A DNA stretch of 64,000 bases, from the NCBI GenBank assembly GCA_040954595.2, contig CM082584.2:6963919-7027918 (forward strand), in the 5' to 3' direction. The position numbers and the translations under genes are program-made. The stretch is from Balanoglossus misakiensis (lineage: Eukaryota; Animalia; Hemichordata). The notes below the pieces were generated by a model that saw only the letters and a list, made by a program, of their open reading frames with translations, was not told the DNA's origin and made no database searches. Each line of letters starts with the position of its first letter. The stretch's first letter is position 1. Of this stretch, positions 1 through 12,591 are shown one piece after another.

Positions 1-120
1 TGTTAACTCAAAGTAACGATTTTTGGGTGAACAGGGCCAATGTATGACATATTTCCATGACCGTTTTTATATAAAAATAATAACACGCAGCCTGTTAAAC
101 GAAAAATGAAAATAAGACGA

Positions 121-192
121 TGGAGATGCCGAGATTTGAACTCGGGGCCTCTTACATGCGAAGCAAGCGCTCTACCACTGAGCTACATCCCA
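121..192 (-). tRNA. trnA-CGC: tRNA-Ala (anticodon CGC), copy 1; G1->T change breaks the first acceptor-stem pair
   Basis: Reverse complement TGGGATGTAGCTCAGTGGTAGAGCGCTTGCTTCGCATGTAAGAGGCCCCGAGTTCAAATCTCGGCATCTCCA folds as a cloverleaf, with anticodon loop TTCGCAT, the G3:U70 Ala determinant, A/B boxes and no encoded CCA. Confidence 0.9.
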
Positions 193-1325
193 GACAACGA
201 CTACGTCAACACCAACGAAAAATCTTCGCTTCTTTAAAGAAACAATACTTGAAATAATCGTGTCTTGTTGCTCGTTTCATCAATTCTTATATCTTTGTAT
301 TCTCGTGTGGATCCCTCAAATGTTTACTAACGCGCATATATATTTTTTGAGGCTAGGAATTTATGACACATTACATAATTCTTTGAAAATGGATGTCTTC
401 TGTTCTTCAGATAAAATGCATAGCACTAACGAACAAAAACAAACTACTAGTAATTAAGATGACGCTGCAAACCAAACAAAAATGAAACGGCACCCGCATT
501 GTCATCGTTATGGAATTTAAATTTTACATATAACGCTGGATAACATGTATTGGATAATTTTGAATTTCTAATCTCATATCATAATACAAGTTGTATACAA
601 TAGATGTCATTACCAAGCACTCTGCAGGTGTTTTTTCGTGCGTTGACGTTATTGCATGCAATGATTGCTACGTGGAAAAAGTGTCATGACTTTTTGCGCC
701 GTGACTTATACACCGCATGAGTATCTAATCAATATTGCGGCCAGCCTCGAAACTCCCATCCTTGACATATTACGGTCTGGTGATTGATGTATGGACAATA
801 TGCATGCTCGTTGATTGCCATTTTCACGAGATCATGCGGAGTACACAGTTCCATGATATTATATGTTGTAGTAGACACCGTGTTCCCCAGCACTTCAGCA
901 TACTAGTATACTACAGTACCCTGGACACTCGCTGCACACGATATCCAGGCAAGCAGCTGACATCCTTGTTGGCCAATGGCACATATGTCGCGGTCATTTT
1001 CCAATATAAAAATAGCACAACACTGAGAAAATGATATTTGTGCTGGGTCCGATTGAAATGCACTGTGAAATGAATAGCGTCAAAGCAAACGCCGCTTGTA
1101 ATATTATTCAAACATCGCAATACCATTCCTCTCGGATGCCTTCGCTTGGCCCAAGAAGACGAATGCGGGATATGTTACACTGAGCAACTGAAGTTTGAGC
1201 TAAGCACACGCACGGCGTGAATTCAGATCAGATTCTTCGCATCTCTTTGTAAAACAGAATGACGACATACATGTAAATAAAAACGACACGATAACTAAAA
1301 TAAAATATTAAAAAAAAGAAACCAC

Positions 1326-1397
1326 TGGAGATGCCGAGATTTGAACTCGGGGCCTCTTACATGCGAAGCAAGCGCTCTACCACTGAGCTACATCCCC
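1326..1397 (-). tRNA. trnA-CGC: tRNA-Ala (anticodon CGC), copy 2
   Basis: 72 nt, identical to copy 1 except for the canonical G1 (GGGGATG/CATCTCC-A acceptor stem). A T-run Pol III terminator follows on the minus strand (A-run at ~1310-1317). Confidence 0.95.
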
Positions 1398-2668
1398 GTT
1401 GTTTCATTGCAAATGTTGTAACGGAAAACAATAGCTATTCCAGAAGAAAAGAAACCCATTTCTCCTATTAATCTGCATATTAGAAGTGCTGCATCTGTTG
1501 TTTGTCAGCGAGTGCACCAATCAGCTACGGGGTACGGTCGCGGTTGCGACAAGAGTGCATGCGTGTCCTGGATGTACATGTACTTGGCTGGTGATCCGGA
1601 TCTCTTGGTCGCCACTTCTTCCCGTGTGCTGTGTCACCGTGGTTCTACCTGTTTGCCAAGTTAGCCATGTCTACCAGTCTATCTATAGTATACAGAACAT
1701 GTTGTTGGACCTGGCAACTCAGCCAGCCAGTCGAGGAAACGGACATTTCCAGAGTTGTAAAAGCAAGACTTGCAGCATGGTACAACGTGTCCGGGTCATT
1801 CAAATAGACGGTGTCCGCCGTATCACCAGCTGACAGCACGTGCTTCGCCGCCACTATGTCGGATCGGAGACCGGGCGCTAGCTGATTCTCTTGCAGTTAA
1901 TTTTAGGTGGGTTACTCGTCATTACTCGACTTATCATAGTTAGTATTAAGAGAACCGTTTTGCTGTAGTCATCATACTTCTTAACTAGTTTGTTGCTTGA
2001 CTGTGAAAGAATAACTAGTGCTAACAATGATTTTCCGAGAAACCCCAATAAAGTAAGTAATCGGTCAGATATTAAAATGATGACTCAATATTGAGACGTG
2101 TGTCTTTGATCTTATAATTATAGGAAACATGAATTCAAATACATGTAAACAAACGAATCGTACTCAAAATACAAATTCCAAGGTTAGAGTTCTACAAATG
2201 ACGATGACCTAACCACTGTTATCTGTCAATGGCGATGCGTGCTGTGTTTAATCATAGACTGTCTGTGGTTTAATTTAAAATTCACTTTTCGCCATTGTTT
2301 TCATTAAAAAAGACCGGATTATTGATTAGCGATCTGTAGCTGTGCTTGATTAGGTCTCAGTTTGCGGGCGTTACATTCGCATAGAGTTACGTAACGCCAG
2401 AATGAGCTCAATGTCGAATGCCATTTTTCCCCTGGCATTTTGCTGATCATCATCTGGTGAGCTTGACGCCATCATCCAACAGGTTGCTGTCGACTTTGGT
2501 ACGCCCCCGCCCCCACCCCCACCCCCGCGGCGATAACGTGATTACTTGACGAGTGCATCGAATGATCGACGTCTATTTCCGATCCATCCGGCGTCCGATC
2601 GCTGGAATCTGGACACGCTCCTGGCTGGTTTCGTATCGACTCGGTATTATCAGAATTAGTTGAACAGA

Positions 2669-5600
2669 ATGGCCACAGCCGGCGAGGTCCCTTGCCAAGT
2701 GTGTCGCACGAGCCTGCTGCTGGTGTTCCTGATAGGCACCTACCTCGTCTTCGGCGCCTCCGTCTTCTTCAAGCTGGAAGGCGACTCGGCCATCAACGCG
2801 CTGGACGCGATCACGTCGCCCGAGGCCGTCATCGGCAGGGAGACGCTCATCCAGAGGCTGGGAGAGGCGCTCCGGCCGAGCACTTCCAACTGGACCGAGC
2901 TAGCGCGCCAGATCCTAATGGACGACGACGCGTCGCAGCTGAAGTACCACCACTGGGAATTCAGGTCGGCCCTTGAGTTGTGCCTGTCGATTGTAACCAC
3001 CATAGGTAAGGTTCATCAGTTTTATCACCCTAACTTTTATTTTGTAGATTGGGCCCTTCAAGTTTTCCGTTCAACAGGTGCAGACTGGTACTTTTCATTC
3101 ACGTCATCACTACCATCGTTGCTGAAATAGCGCGCATACGAACACGGGGAAAAGAACCCAGTGTTAACGTTTGGCATCGTTCTCTGATAAATTCGTAGAG
3201 GTGACCAGAATCGGTCCAACTACAGTGTAGATGCCGCAGTTTAGATGAGACATGGACTTGCTGTAGGCAAAGGGACTTGCTAAATCTTCGTTCTCTAACG
3301 ATAACATAGATACTGCGTGAGACCAACTGAAGTAACCCCAACATCTGGCCAATTTTTCAGTGTTTTTCTCCCGTTTCTTGTCCATCTCCGCCCGGTTTCT
3401 TGTCCATCTACTCTGGATGTTCAATCTTTAGCTTCTTGAGAAGGTATGATTGTGCATGAGTAACGGCCATTGTTATTGTTGACGAATTCAAGTCAGGACT
3501 TTTCAATTTTCAAGAATTGCAATTCCAATTTCTACAAAAGCACTGTGTAGAAAAAAAACACATTCTTAGAAATTCTCTGTTTTACAGAGTTGGACAAGAA
3601 ACCACATGCGATATCCGAGGTAAAAAATACTTAGAAAATAGCCAACAAGTTTGAATTACTGGAGGTTTAATTCCTGTGAAATTTTTAGTACAAGAGCGAT
3701 TAATTTTCACTCAAATATTGAAAATTGAAAGTGTGGGGGAAAGGGGAAGGGATTACGTCTGACTCGGAAAATGAGCATGGACAATTTGCGAAAAACGCGG
3801 GTATAACACTCAAGTTAAACGTTCTATTACACAACAATCGCTGATACCTTTTGTGGTTTAATGTGTTTCTGACGTCACCTTGGAATAAAATTAATAAGCG
3901 TTTGTTGCGTTTTTTTGGTCATCAACAGCTTTTGAATAATTCATGTGTGAAATGAAAACACAGGGCGATTTGTTTGCCCATCGCTCGCTTCATCCCGATT
4001 CCTCCGAGGAATATGTTCCGCCCCCAGTGATCGATTTATCATCTCGCCTTGAAAAGTGATTAGTTTAAAAGGGCCACTATCGTTTACTTCTGCCAGACCA
4101 GTTTCACTCGAGGCAATTCTCGCTTAAATGTGTGCTAAAGCCGGGGGAACAGTTTATCCGGGGGTTGAAATAGTTTTCCAATTAATTGAAAGTGGCATCA
4201 GCTTGGTCTCTCCACATAATTTTCTCATTAAGAAGGATGCCAACTGTTCACAAATTCGACAGCGCCGTGAAAATATGCGTGACTTTGTTTCATTTAAAGG
4301 AAAAAGTCGTTTCGTCACGTGACAATTGTGGTAAAATACATGTACCACTTCCTGTGTTGTTAACACGTGACTCTGCCGCGTACAGTAGTTTACGCCGTTG
4401 CATTACACGTTGACCATGTTGAGTGTTTTCAATGTCTCTTTTGCAAGGTGTGGCGTATGGTCCTATTTAAGAGATTACCTTGACACAAACTAGGACTGCG
4501 TAGGTGGTGTTCACACCAACCATTAATATGTCATGCTAATTGGCTTGTCCTGGTATACACGTGAAAGCGAGTCAAACCACATTTAAATGCAAAGCATTTT
4601 CACTTGTTTACAATGTATTGCTAATTAATTATAATCGTCACAATCGTCACGTGACTTGCAAAATGGAATTCTACATTACAGTTATTTTCTATGCGAAAAA
4701 AAACCCACAAATATAATGCTAAATAATCTAAATGGAAAACAGTTAGTATTATACACGCTATGGGAAATTATAAAATCGCATAAAAATACACTGATATTCA
4801 CGTGTGGTGTGAACCATTGTTGTTCACGTGGTTTCGGTTACACAATGCCAATTAACAATGAATAATAAAATACAATCGTTAATCAAATGTGTTTCACACC
4901 TACGTCAATTTCATTTATAATGTAGCCATATGCCGCCCAAACTACTATTTTAATCATAAAATACTCCTCGTTAACACTTACACGTTGTTTATTGTGCACG
5001 CCGACACGTGGTTTGCGTTCGGACACGTGGGGACGCGTGCTCAACGCATTCCCTGTTAGTGAAAGTGTTGTTAAAACGTCAAACATGCTGGTATGGCAGA
5101 TATAAGGTTGTCCTTCATGCAGCCTTCGGGATGGTTCAAGGCGCACTGTGCAGATTAAATTTACACCCTGAAAATGAGTGGGATTTAAAAGCAAATGTCA
5201 AAATGTCATGGTAACGTTTTCTGACTCACAGCACCGATACGATGAAATCGTCCTAGCATTAACTCAGCAGCTGTTGTTGCACAACATGACGCGCAGATAT
5301 TTGAATATATATATATTTTTAATATAAGTTAAAGTAACATCACACACACACTTAATATCCAGCAGCACCGCCAAATAATGTATAACCACTTTTCGTTTCA
5401 GGGTATGGAAACATAACTCCAAAGACACCCGGTGGCAGGATATTTTGCTGCGCTTACGCCATCTTTGGAATTCCGCTATTTCTGATCGTCATCTCACACT
5501 TCGGCCACATCGTCGCCGAGAAACTGCGGACCTGCGGCTTGGCGCTAATATCCCACGGGAGGAGGTGCGTCAACACTCGTAAGTCGGCGAAGTTGAATTT

Positions 5601-6483
5601 TGTGGGCGAGCTGGGAGGCTGGCAGGAGAACTGGTCTTTCAAGAATGGCACGTCGTCGTCGTCCACCACGGTTCTGGCGAAAGAGAGCGGCGGGGAAACT
5701 AGCTACACGTACGATTTGGAGCCCGATCCGCGCCCCGTGGCACAGTATGCCTACAGACACAAAGACTTTCGGGTCGTGAACAGCACAATATCTAAGAAGA
5801 TGAGAATAAAAACGACCAAGGGGCACTCTCCCGTGCCGGTCCAGGAGATCGCCGCTTGGTGGCGCACCTACCCACCGGCTGGTGAAGATATGATCGAGTC
5901 GAAGTTGAACCGTGTACCTGACGGAGCAACTGGTCTAAGTCTGACTAATGGGGGCGCTCAAACGCCTCACGACACAAGTGGTCAAGCCATCGAGAACCAG
6001 CAAGACTTGCTGGCAGCCCAGTCATTAACAGAACCGGTCGAAACCCGCATCATACGCGATCCTATCTTCGGTCAACAGGACAAAATCACGCAGACGACGT
6101 TAACAGACGAAAACGAGGGACATGTATTCTACATGTTGATCGTTGTAATGGTGCTCTTTCTGGTCGTTTGGGTGGCTGTTTTGACCCAGTTAGACACAGA
6201 CTGGACCTTGGTTGACTGTATATATTTCTGCATTGTTTCGATCACCACCATCGGCTTTGGGGATCTGCTCATACCCATCGTCAATAACGATGATTCGTTC
6301 CGGTCGAATATACAGCCACTTGTCGCCTCCGTCTTTCTCATGTCTGGGTTAGTTCTGCTGTCCGCGTCCTTCAACGTTGCCCAGCGCGAGATCAAATCGT
6401 TCGCTTACAAACTCTTCGATATGGTGTTGAGTCTCTGCCAGTGCAACAGGTGCCGACGTTGCAACCGAGGCGCGGAAACCTGA
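2669..6483 (+). CDS. K2P potassium channel 1; join(2669..3005,5402..6483), ~472 aa
   Basis: M1 (LLLVFLIGTYLVFGASVFFKLE), cap, and P1 TTIG|YGN split by an intron (G|GTAAGG...TTTCAG|GG). M2 YAIFGIPLF, ~200 aa loop, M3, P2 TTIGFGD, M4. Spliced frame is continuous. Confidence 0.92.
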
Positions 6484-7725
6484 CGAGGGTGACGTCATTA
6501 TCCCTCAAAGTCATCACCGAACGGAACATTTGGTCCGGCCACGGTTCCTGGCTGCGCACATGGAGGGACACGGGGTCCGGCCCATGTTTGTGAAAACTTA
6601 ACTAGAGGGCCAACTTGACGACGATACATAACCGCGGTTGTACAGGCAATTTTGATTGGTAGGCCGCGCTGGGCAACCATGTTATGCAAATTACCAGTCT
6701 CGTTCTGTCTCGAAACGTTTTAGATTTGTTTGCTTGTGCACAATCTTCGAGACAATCATGTCCAATCCAATCCAATTCAATCAAAGATCTTAGATGGCAA
6801 GTTTTTGCCGCAGTTTTACCGTAAGCAGGTCTGAAATGCCTTACACTGCTTTTTACACATGTAAGCCTTACACATTTTACAGTTTACCGTGGATATTTCT
6901 TTATATTTACATTCTATCAAAAATAAACTACACACGACTGAACATTTTTGTGTGTTGTGCTATTCAGACATGTGCATTTAAAATAGACAGACTTAATTAT
7001 TTTAATGCATTTGCTATCTATAGTATGGATATCAATAAGAAAAGGGAACTTGATACATTTTATCTGACCAATGTGGCGATAGACAAGCCACTCGTTTACA
7101 AATCTTGAATTGTGAATTTAAATAGCTCCCTAAGTGACCATCGCTTTTTATGCAGGGCAGTTCAAAATATTTAGCACAAGCCGCGTGGGTAGCAAATGCA
7201 TGTTGGCAGCCGCAGCTGCAGTAGCCAATAGGAATGGTTCTTTCATGCTAACAATAGCCAACTGATGCAATTATGTTCGTGAATACAAATTAATGGTTCT
7301 GAAAGTATCTGGTCGACTTGTAAAGTGAGTCTTGCTACCGGAACCACAAGTTATTTATTTCTGTTGCATAATACAATTCTCGTTTCAATATCTAACTATT
7401 TCCTATAAATTTAGCTCGACATTTTTGTAAATTTTGAAAGCGGATTCATGAGGCGTGTAATCCGTTGACATTTGTAAGCCCAGGGCCCGCATATGTCCCC
7501 CGGGCACATATGCAATTAACGTTATTATGTGTAAACCTTGTGTAGTTTTAGGACCATGCATAATTGTGGTCATTGACATTACGCAACCAATCATTGTCGC
7601 TAGTATAGTGTGATTAATATCTATGCGGCCCATGCGGGTCGCATCTTCGTCGTCGACTGGAGAGAAATCGCATAGTGAACACATCCGGCGTCCGTTCAGT
7701 GGAAGATCTCGGCAGACACTGAAAC

Positions 7726-9751
7726 ATGTCGACGGCAACGTCCGGTGGACTCACTCACGGAGAGGGCGACTCCGAGAGCCCGTCGTCGTCTTGCGGGCGA
7801 TGCTGTTCCCAGAATCTCCAAGGAAGCGTCATACTGGCCGTGGCGGTGATGGCCTATCTCGTCATCGGGGCCGTCGTCTTCATCCGCCTGGAATCGGGCC
7901 AAGAACTGGAGGACCTCTCCTCGCTGGAAGCGAGGTGGGCAGCCACGGTCACCGGTCTGGAGAGGGACCTGGGCATCACCGGGCGCAACCTGTCGTCTGT
8001 CATAACCAGGCATCTCATGCGGTTCGAGAGGGCGATACTGGCAGCCGGACGCGAAGATATCAGTCTGAACCGCAGGAAGTGGACATTTGGGAAAGCGTTT
8101 ATGTTGACCGTGACAACAATTAGCACCGTCGGTAAGCTGATATCACAGATTTGTGTGTAATTATTTTCTCCCGTGCAAATACCTTTGCCGTCCCCCTGTC
8201 TTTTGAATCACTTATTCCGATAGCTACACCATGTAGCTGCCAATGAATTGGCGCAAATTGGCCTGCTAACCCGTTGCAATAATACATGTCTGATTACCAT
8301 TTGAAAGTATGATTACATGTAATACTGTGTAATCTCCGAAAATGACTGGATTCCCACCGGTTTCCTATACTGTAAAGTTAGCGAGCCAATACCACCAGCC
8401 CAATAATTTCAACTCGTCTTTATGACAATTCTATAACTACACGTATATACCATTTCCAGCATGGCGCTCCTCTCTAATTATACAAAAACAATTAAAATGC
8501 TCTCTTGAAGTACAACTGATACATCTGTTGTCACCATCTGTGGGGTGCCACTTTTCATGAACCTTTTGTGTTTGCTAATGTACGTGTACATGTATGTATT
8601 TGTCGCTTTGTAGGCCCGCGGTACATTACATAACATATTAGACAGATTCTTGTAAACGTGCGACTGAAATTTCAATCGATGCAAATAAGAGCCAATTACG
8701 CTGCAGAATTTTCTTTGCACATTTACTGTACGTGCCGATAAGCAGCGATTCGATTCCTTCAAGAATTTGTAGATGATATCGTCATACAAAAAGGCGGATG
8801 TTGAGCATGTGCCAACGAGCTGAACGACACAAACGGAAACAAAGATAGCCCAGGTAATGATATAAATGAGCGACTTTGTCCCTTTAACCTGAGACAGTTT
8901 GATAAGTTATCGTCTTCTCACATTTTTTTCTCTCTATAGGTTATGGCACGCCCGCTCCAGTGACTCAACAAGGGAGGCTGTTTTGCGCCTTCTACTCTTT
9001 ATTCGGCATCCCTCTTTTCCTGTTGTTTCTGTCGAATTGTGGAGCAGTCTTGGCAGAAGCCGTTCAAAGTAAGAAAACTATAAAATCACCAACAGTTGTG
9101 CCAGTCGACGACAATAGGCCCGGTTTCGACAACGGAAGAGGTGGCCGGGACCTTGCCGTGGTGTATCACAAGACCAACTTCGGCTTTTGGGACGACGCCG
9201 TAAGTAAGGATGTTGGCACTCAGACAGAACCGGAAGCTTCGGACACGCACCCTTTTGGCAATTTGGAGAGAATTGTGTACGCTAGAGATGACAAAAACCG
9301 GGCAGATGGGGTTGCGCTGGAACCACGGACACATGCGGGTCACTCGTCTGCAACAGCTGCACCAACAGACGTATACAACCGACGTGCACGCAAGACCACG
9401 TGTCTCCCCGCCAAACCAAATGCCTTCGCGGTGCTGTCGCTCGTGTTTGTCGTCTACATAACAGCGACCTCTGTCGGCATATACTTTTCAGAACCGTCTT
9501 GGGGCGTGATCGATGCCGTCTACTACTGCGTCGTCACCTTCACTACAGTCGGGTACGGCGACCTGATGCTGACCAAGCAGAATAAAGTTCTGAAGAAAGA
9601 CACCAACCTTAGAGCTTTGACGATGAGCTTCTTCATAATCATCGGCATGATACTACTCTCGGCGTGCTTCACGCTGGCGCAAGAGAAGATCGTCAGCGGT
9701 GCAAGATGTATCGTCCGTCGATTAGGCTCCTGTCGGCGATGTAGAAGCTAA
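7726..9751 (+). CDS. K2P potassium channel 2; join(7726..8131,8940..9751), ~405 aa
   Basis: M1 YLVIGAVVFIRLE; P1 STVG|YGT with a phase-1 intron (GTAAGC...CTATAG); M2 YSLFGIPLF; P2 TTVGYGD; M4. Confidence 0.92.
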
Positions 9752-10146
9752 GGCGACAGGGGCGGAGGAGCCCTCATCGTTGTAAACTACTTTTTACGAC
9801 AACCGCTTCACCCTGTTTACGCCCAGCTGCGTAGTGACCAAGTGAAAGCTCTGGCCCCCGATAAAGTTCCAAAATACAGAGACTTGCTTTATAAGTGGTA
9901 ATAAGGCAACAACGCACCCAACGAGAGAATGTAGGTTTTTTCTTTGAAAGTATTTGATTCAAGCAGGCGCAGTACGAGAGCGGATGAGGTCGCTATGCCG
10001 ACATCACTTTGAGAAACCCCCGATGGCACTGATGGTGGTATTTCAACTTGTAGATTTCAATTGTGTCTCATTAAAGAGGAAACGTTAAAACTGCAATTGT
10101 CACTGTCTTTTTTTAAATCTCACCCGTTTATAGGTATCGCCTACAG

Positions 10147-10204
10147 CACAACAAAATCAACAATAACAACAACAGCAGCAACAACAACAACAACAATAAC
10201 AACA
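10147..10204. repeat. Imperfect (AAC)n microsatellite between convergent K2P-2 and K2P-3
   Basis: Direct reading. Confidence 0.8.
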
Positions 10205-10389
10205 GTATAATAATGTCTTAGTACACCAGGTTCACATACGTAGTATACGAGTCTACGAAGACCCAATCCCCTTCCATTAAAAATTGTCAAATTCATTGTC
10301 TGTGTGGAGAGACCGTGATGAATATTACTTGTAGGACAGGTTAAAGATTTACTCCTTAGGCATGAAAAAAGTATGACTGAATTGATGAT

Positions 10390-12591
10390 TTACGCTGTGT
10401 TCACTGTCAACAGACTTCTCCTCCTTTTGTTTCGGATTTGGCGGACCAGTTTGAACGCAACTTGGCGGCCGTTTTCCTGCACCAGATTGAAGCAAGCAGA
10501 TGCTATGATTAATCCAATCGTTATACATATTAACACCAAGAAGGGTTTCGCCGTTCCCATGAAACCGTCTTGAGAACTCCCGATGGTGAGGTCACCAAAC
10601 CCGACCGTCGTCAAAGTGACCACACAGAAGTAAACGGCGTTGAGGTAAGTCCACGACTCCGTATGCGCCAGCACGGCCGCGCAGACGTTCGTGTACAGTA
10701 CAAACATCACGAACATAAAGACAAATGCACGTTTTTGGCTTTTGAGTTTCGAGGAACCCGGCAGGCTATCGGGGAAGGGAATTCGACGACTCCCGCGCGG
10801 TTTTTCCCGCCTGTGCCCTCCGACACGACGACCGCTGACATTGTCATCCGAGTGCCGCGTAGACTGTTGGCCGGCGCCGCTCGTCACATTCCGGGTCCCC
10901 GCATCCCCGACAACCTTCGCATGACGGCCATTTGTAAGCGCCGCGGGTTGGCCGCGTTCGCCCCCGTCGCTGGGCTGTTCTCTGGCGTGCCTGTTATCAT
11001 ACTGCAAAGCTATCGCGAAGAAGTCGGTGCCCTGCTTTCTTCGGCGGGCCTTCCTCCTCCTGGCCATGAAGCCTTTCAGCGTTGTTTCGGCTTTGCGCGC
11101 CACGGTCTCCCCGATGTTGGCGAGAAACAGCAGAAAGATGGGTATCCCGAAAAAGGCATAAAAGAGGAAAAAGCATCGACCTCCATATGTTGCAGGAGAC
11201 ACGCGTCCATACCCTGAGATAAAATAAAATAACAGCGTGTAAAATAAATTTATATCGACAACGAGTTAAGAATGGAGTCGCGTGACTATGCAAAAACCCT
11301 AATGCAGTCTCCGACTCCCTCTCCGTTCACATTACCCCCATTAACTTTTAACTATTTTCAATGTTATTGTTGTTCTGAAATTCTGCATATTATTTTTCCA
11401 TGCAATATCGTCAACAGTTCTTCTGTTCATATGTCCTCCTTGGCAGTTATCACCATATTCTGGACAGTCAGTATTCTGGTGCCGTATTTCAACGGAAATG
11501 TCCATGATAATGTCCAAAAGGAGAGGTTCAGATGGTGTAAGTTGTGGCCAGTTTTTGGCTCGGAAAACTGAAGTTTTGACAGTTTTGCTGTTGTGTGTCA
11601 CATTCACCTCTTATGGAATATTGGTCAGTTGGTCCCCGGGTGGTTTTTAATTCCATAAATTGTTAACAATGCTTGCGCCATTTAGTGTTATTATGTAACC
11701 TACCACTGCATTAACTAATGTATTCTATCTTTGGTCCGTGTCATAATTGACATCATGAGGGTATTAACTTATATTGGCTGTGATTTGAAATCTAACAAAC
11801 AATGATTCAATTTTTTCATAGACAATCATTTAGACAAAAATACTCAGTATAGTTTATCAACGACGTTTGCTCCAATTGTACGCCCCATGGGGTTGACGGT
11901 GATGACGCAATTTGTTTTGCATGAAGTGGCGTGTAAACTTGGATATCGTTGACAGAAAGATGCAAACTCGCAAAGGCCTTTGACGTCAAACGCATAAAAA
12001 AACGTCAGTATTAAACAGTTATGTGTTTGAAGGTTTGTGGAGCTCACGAAATTACCAACCTTTAACCAATTCATTTTGTAATACTACACCGTTACCAGAC
12101 TACTTTCTGACAACAAAACCGCTCACCGTACCGATAGTGGTGACGATGTTGAAACTCAGCATGAACGCCTTAACGAAGGTGAGATTCTCGATCCCGACGG
12201 CGTCCTCGCCCGTCTGTAGGTCGGAGAGTTCCTCCTCGAAAGCGCCGACCCTTTCCAAGGCGTACTCGTAGAAATCCACGTCGGTCGCCTCCTTCATGCC
12301 CAGGAGGTCCTCGGCCACGGAGCGGCGCAGCGCGTCGGCCCGCGCGCGGTACTTGTCGCTCCCGCTCGCTTCCAGGTACAGGAAGGCGAAGGCTCCGAGT
12401 ACCAGATACGCCACCAACAGCACTGTGAGCGTCAGCGATGCTCTCATTATTCTGTCGCGGGGAAGCGATGCCAAAAATTGCCGCCGCTTTTTTTTCTGCC
12501 GGAGCCTCAACCGCCCATACTTGCACGGGTGGTCCACTGGAGCCGAGCCCACCTGTGAGGATGAAATTGCGGGTTCCCTGTCGTGCGTCAT
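10390..12591 (-). CDS. K2P potassium channel 3; complement join(12591..12132,11213..10390), ~427 aa (start codon uncertain)
   Basis: M1 YLVLGAFAFLYLE; P1 TTIG|YGR with a phase-1 intron (GTACGG...TTTATCTCAG); M2 YAFFGIPIF; P2 TTVGFGD; M4. Confidence 0.9.

Noticed and set aside
1486-1854. Overlapping short ORFs beside the second tRNA
   Set aside because: No recognisable domain, non-ATG starts and no convincing splice sites; possibly a TE remnant.
3006-3130. ORF-track extensions of K2P exon 1 beyond TTIG (also after 8131, 14705, 17543, 20423, 29282) as single-exon 1TM/1P proteins
   Set aside because: These are read-through into the intron; each has a GT donor at the same codon position and a matching downstream exon.
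10570-11217. Long antisense or alternate-frame ORFs over K2P exons (e.g. 10570..11217 +, 28724..29320 -, 32699..33265 -, 33620..34444 -)
   Set aside because: They are shadows of GC3-rich coding exons, with no independent motifs or splice context.
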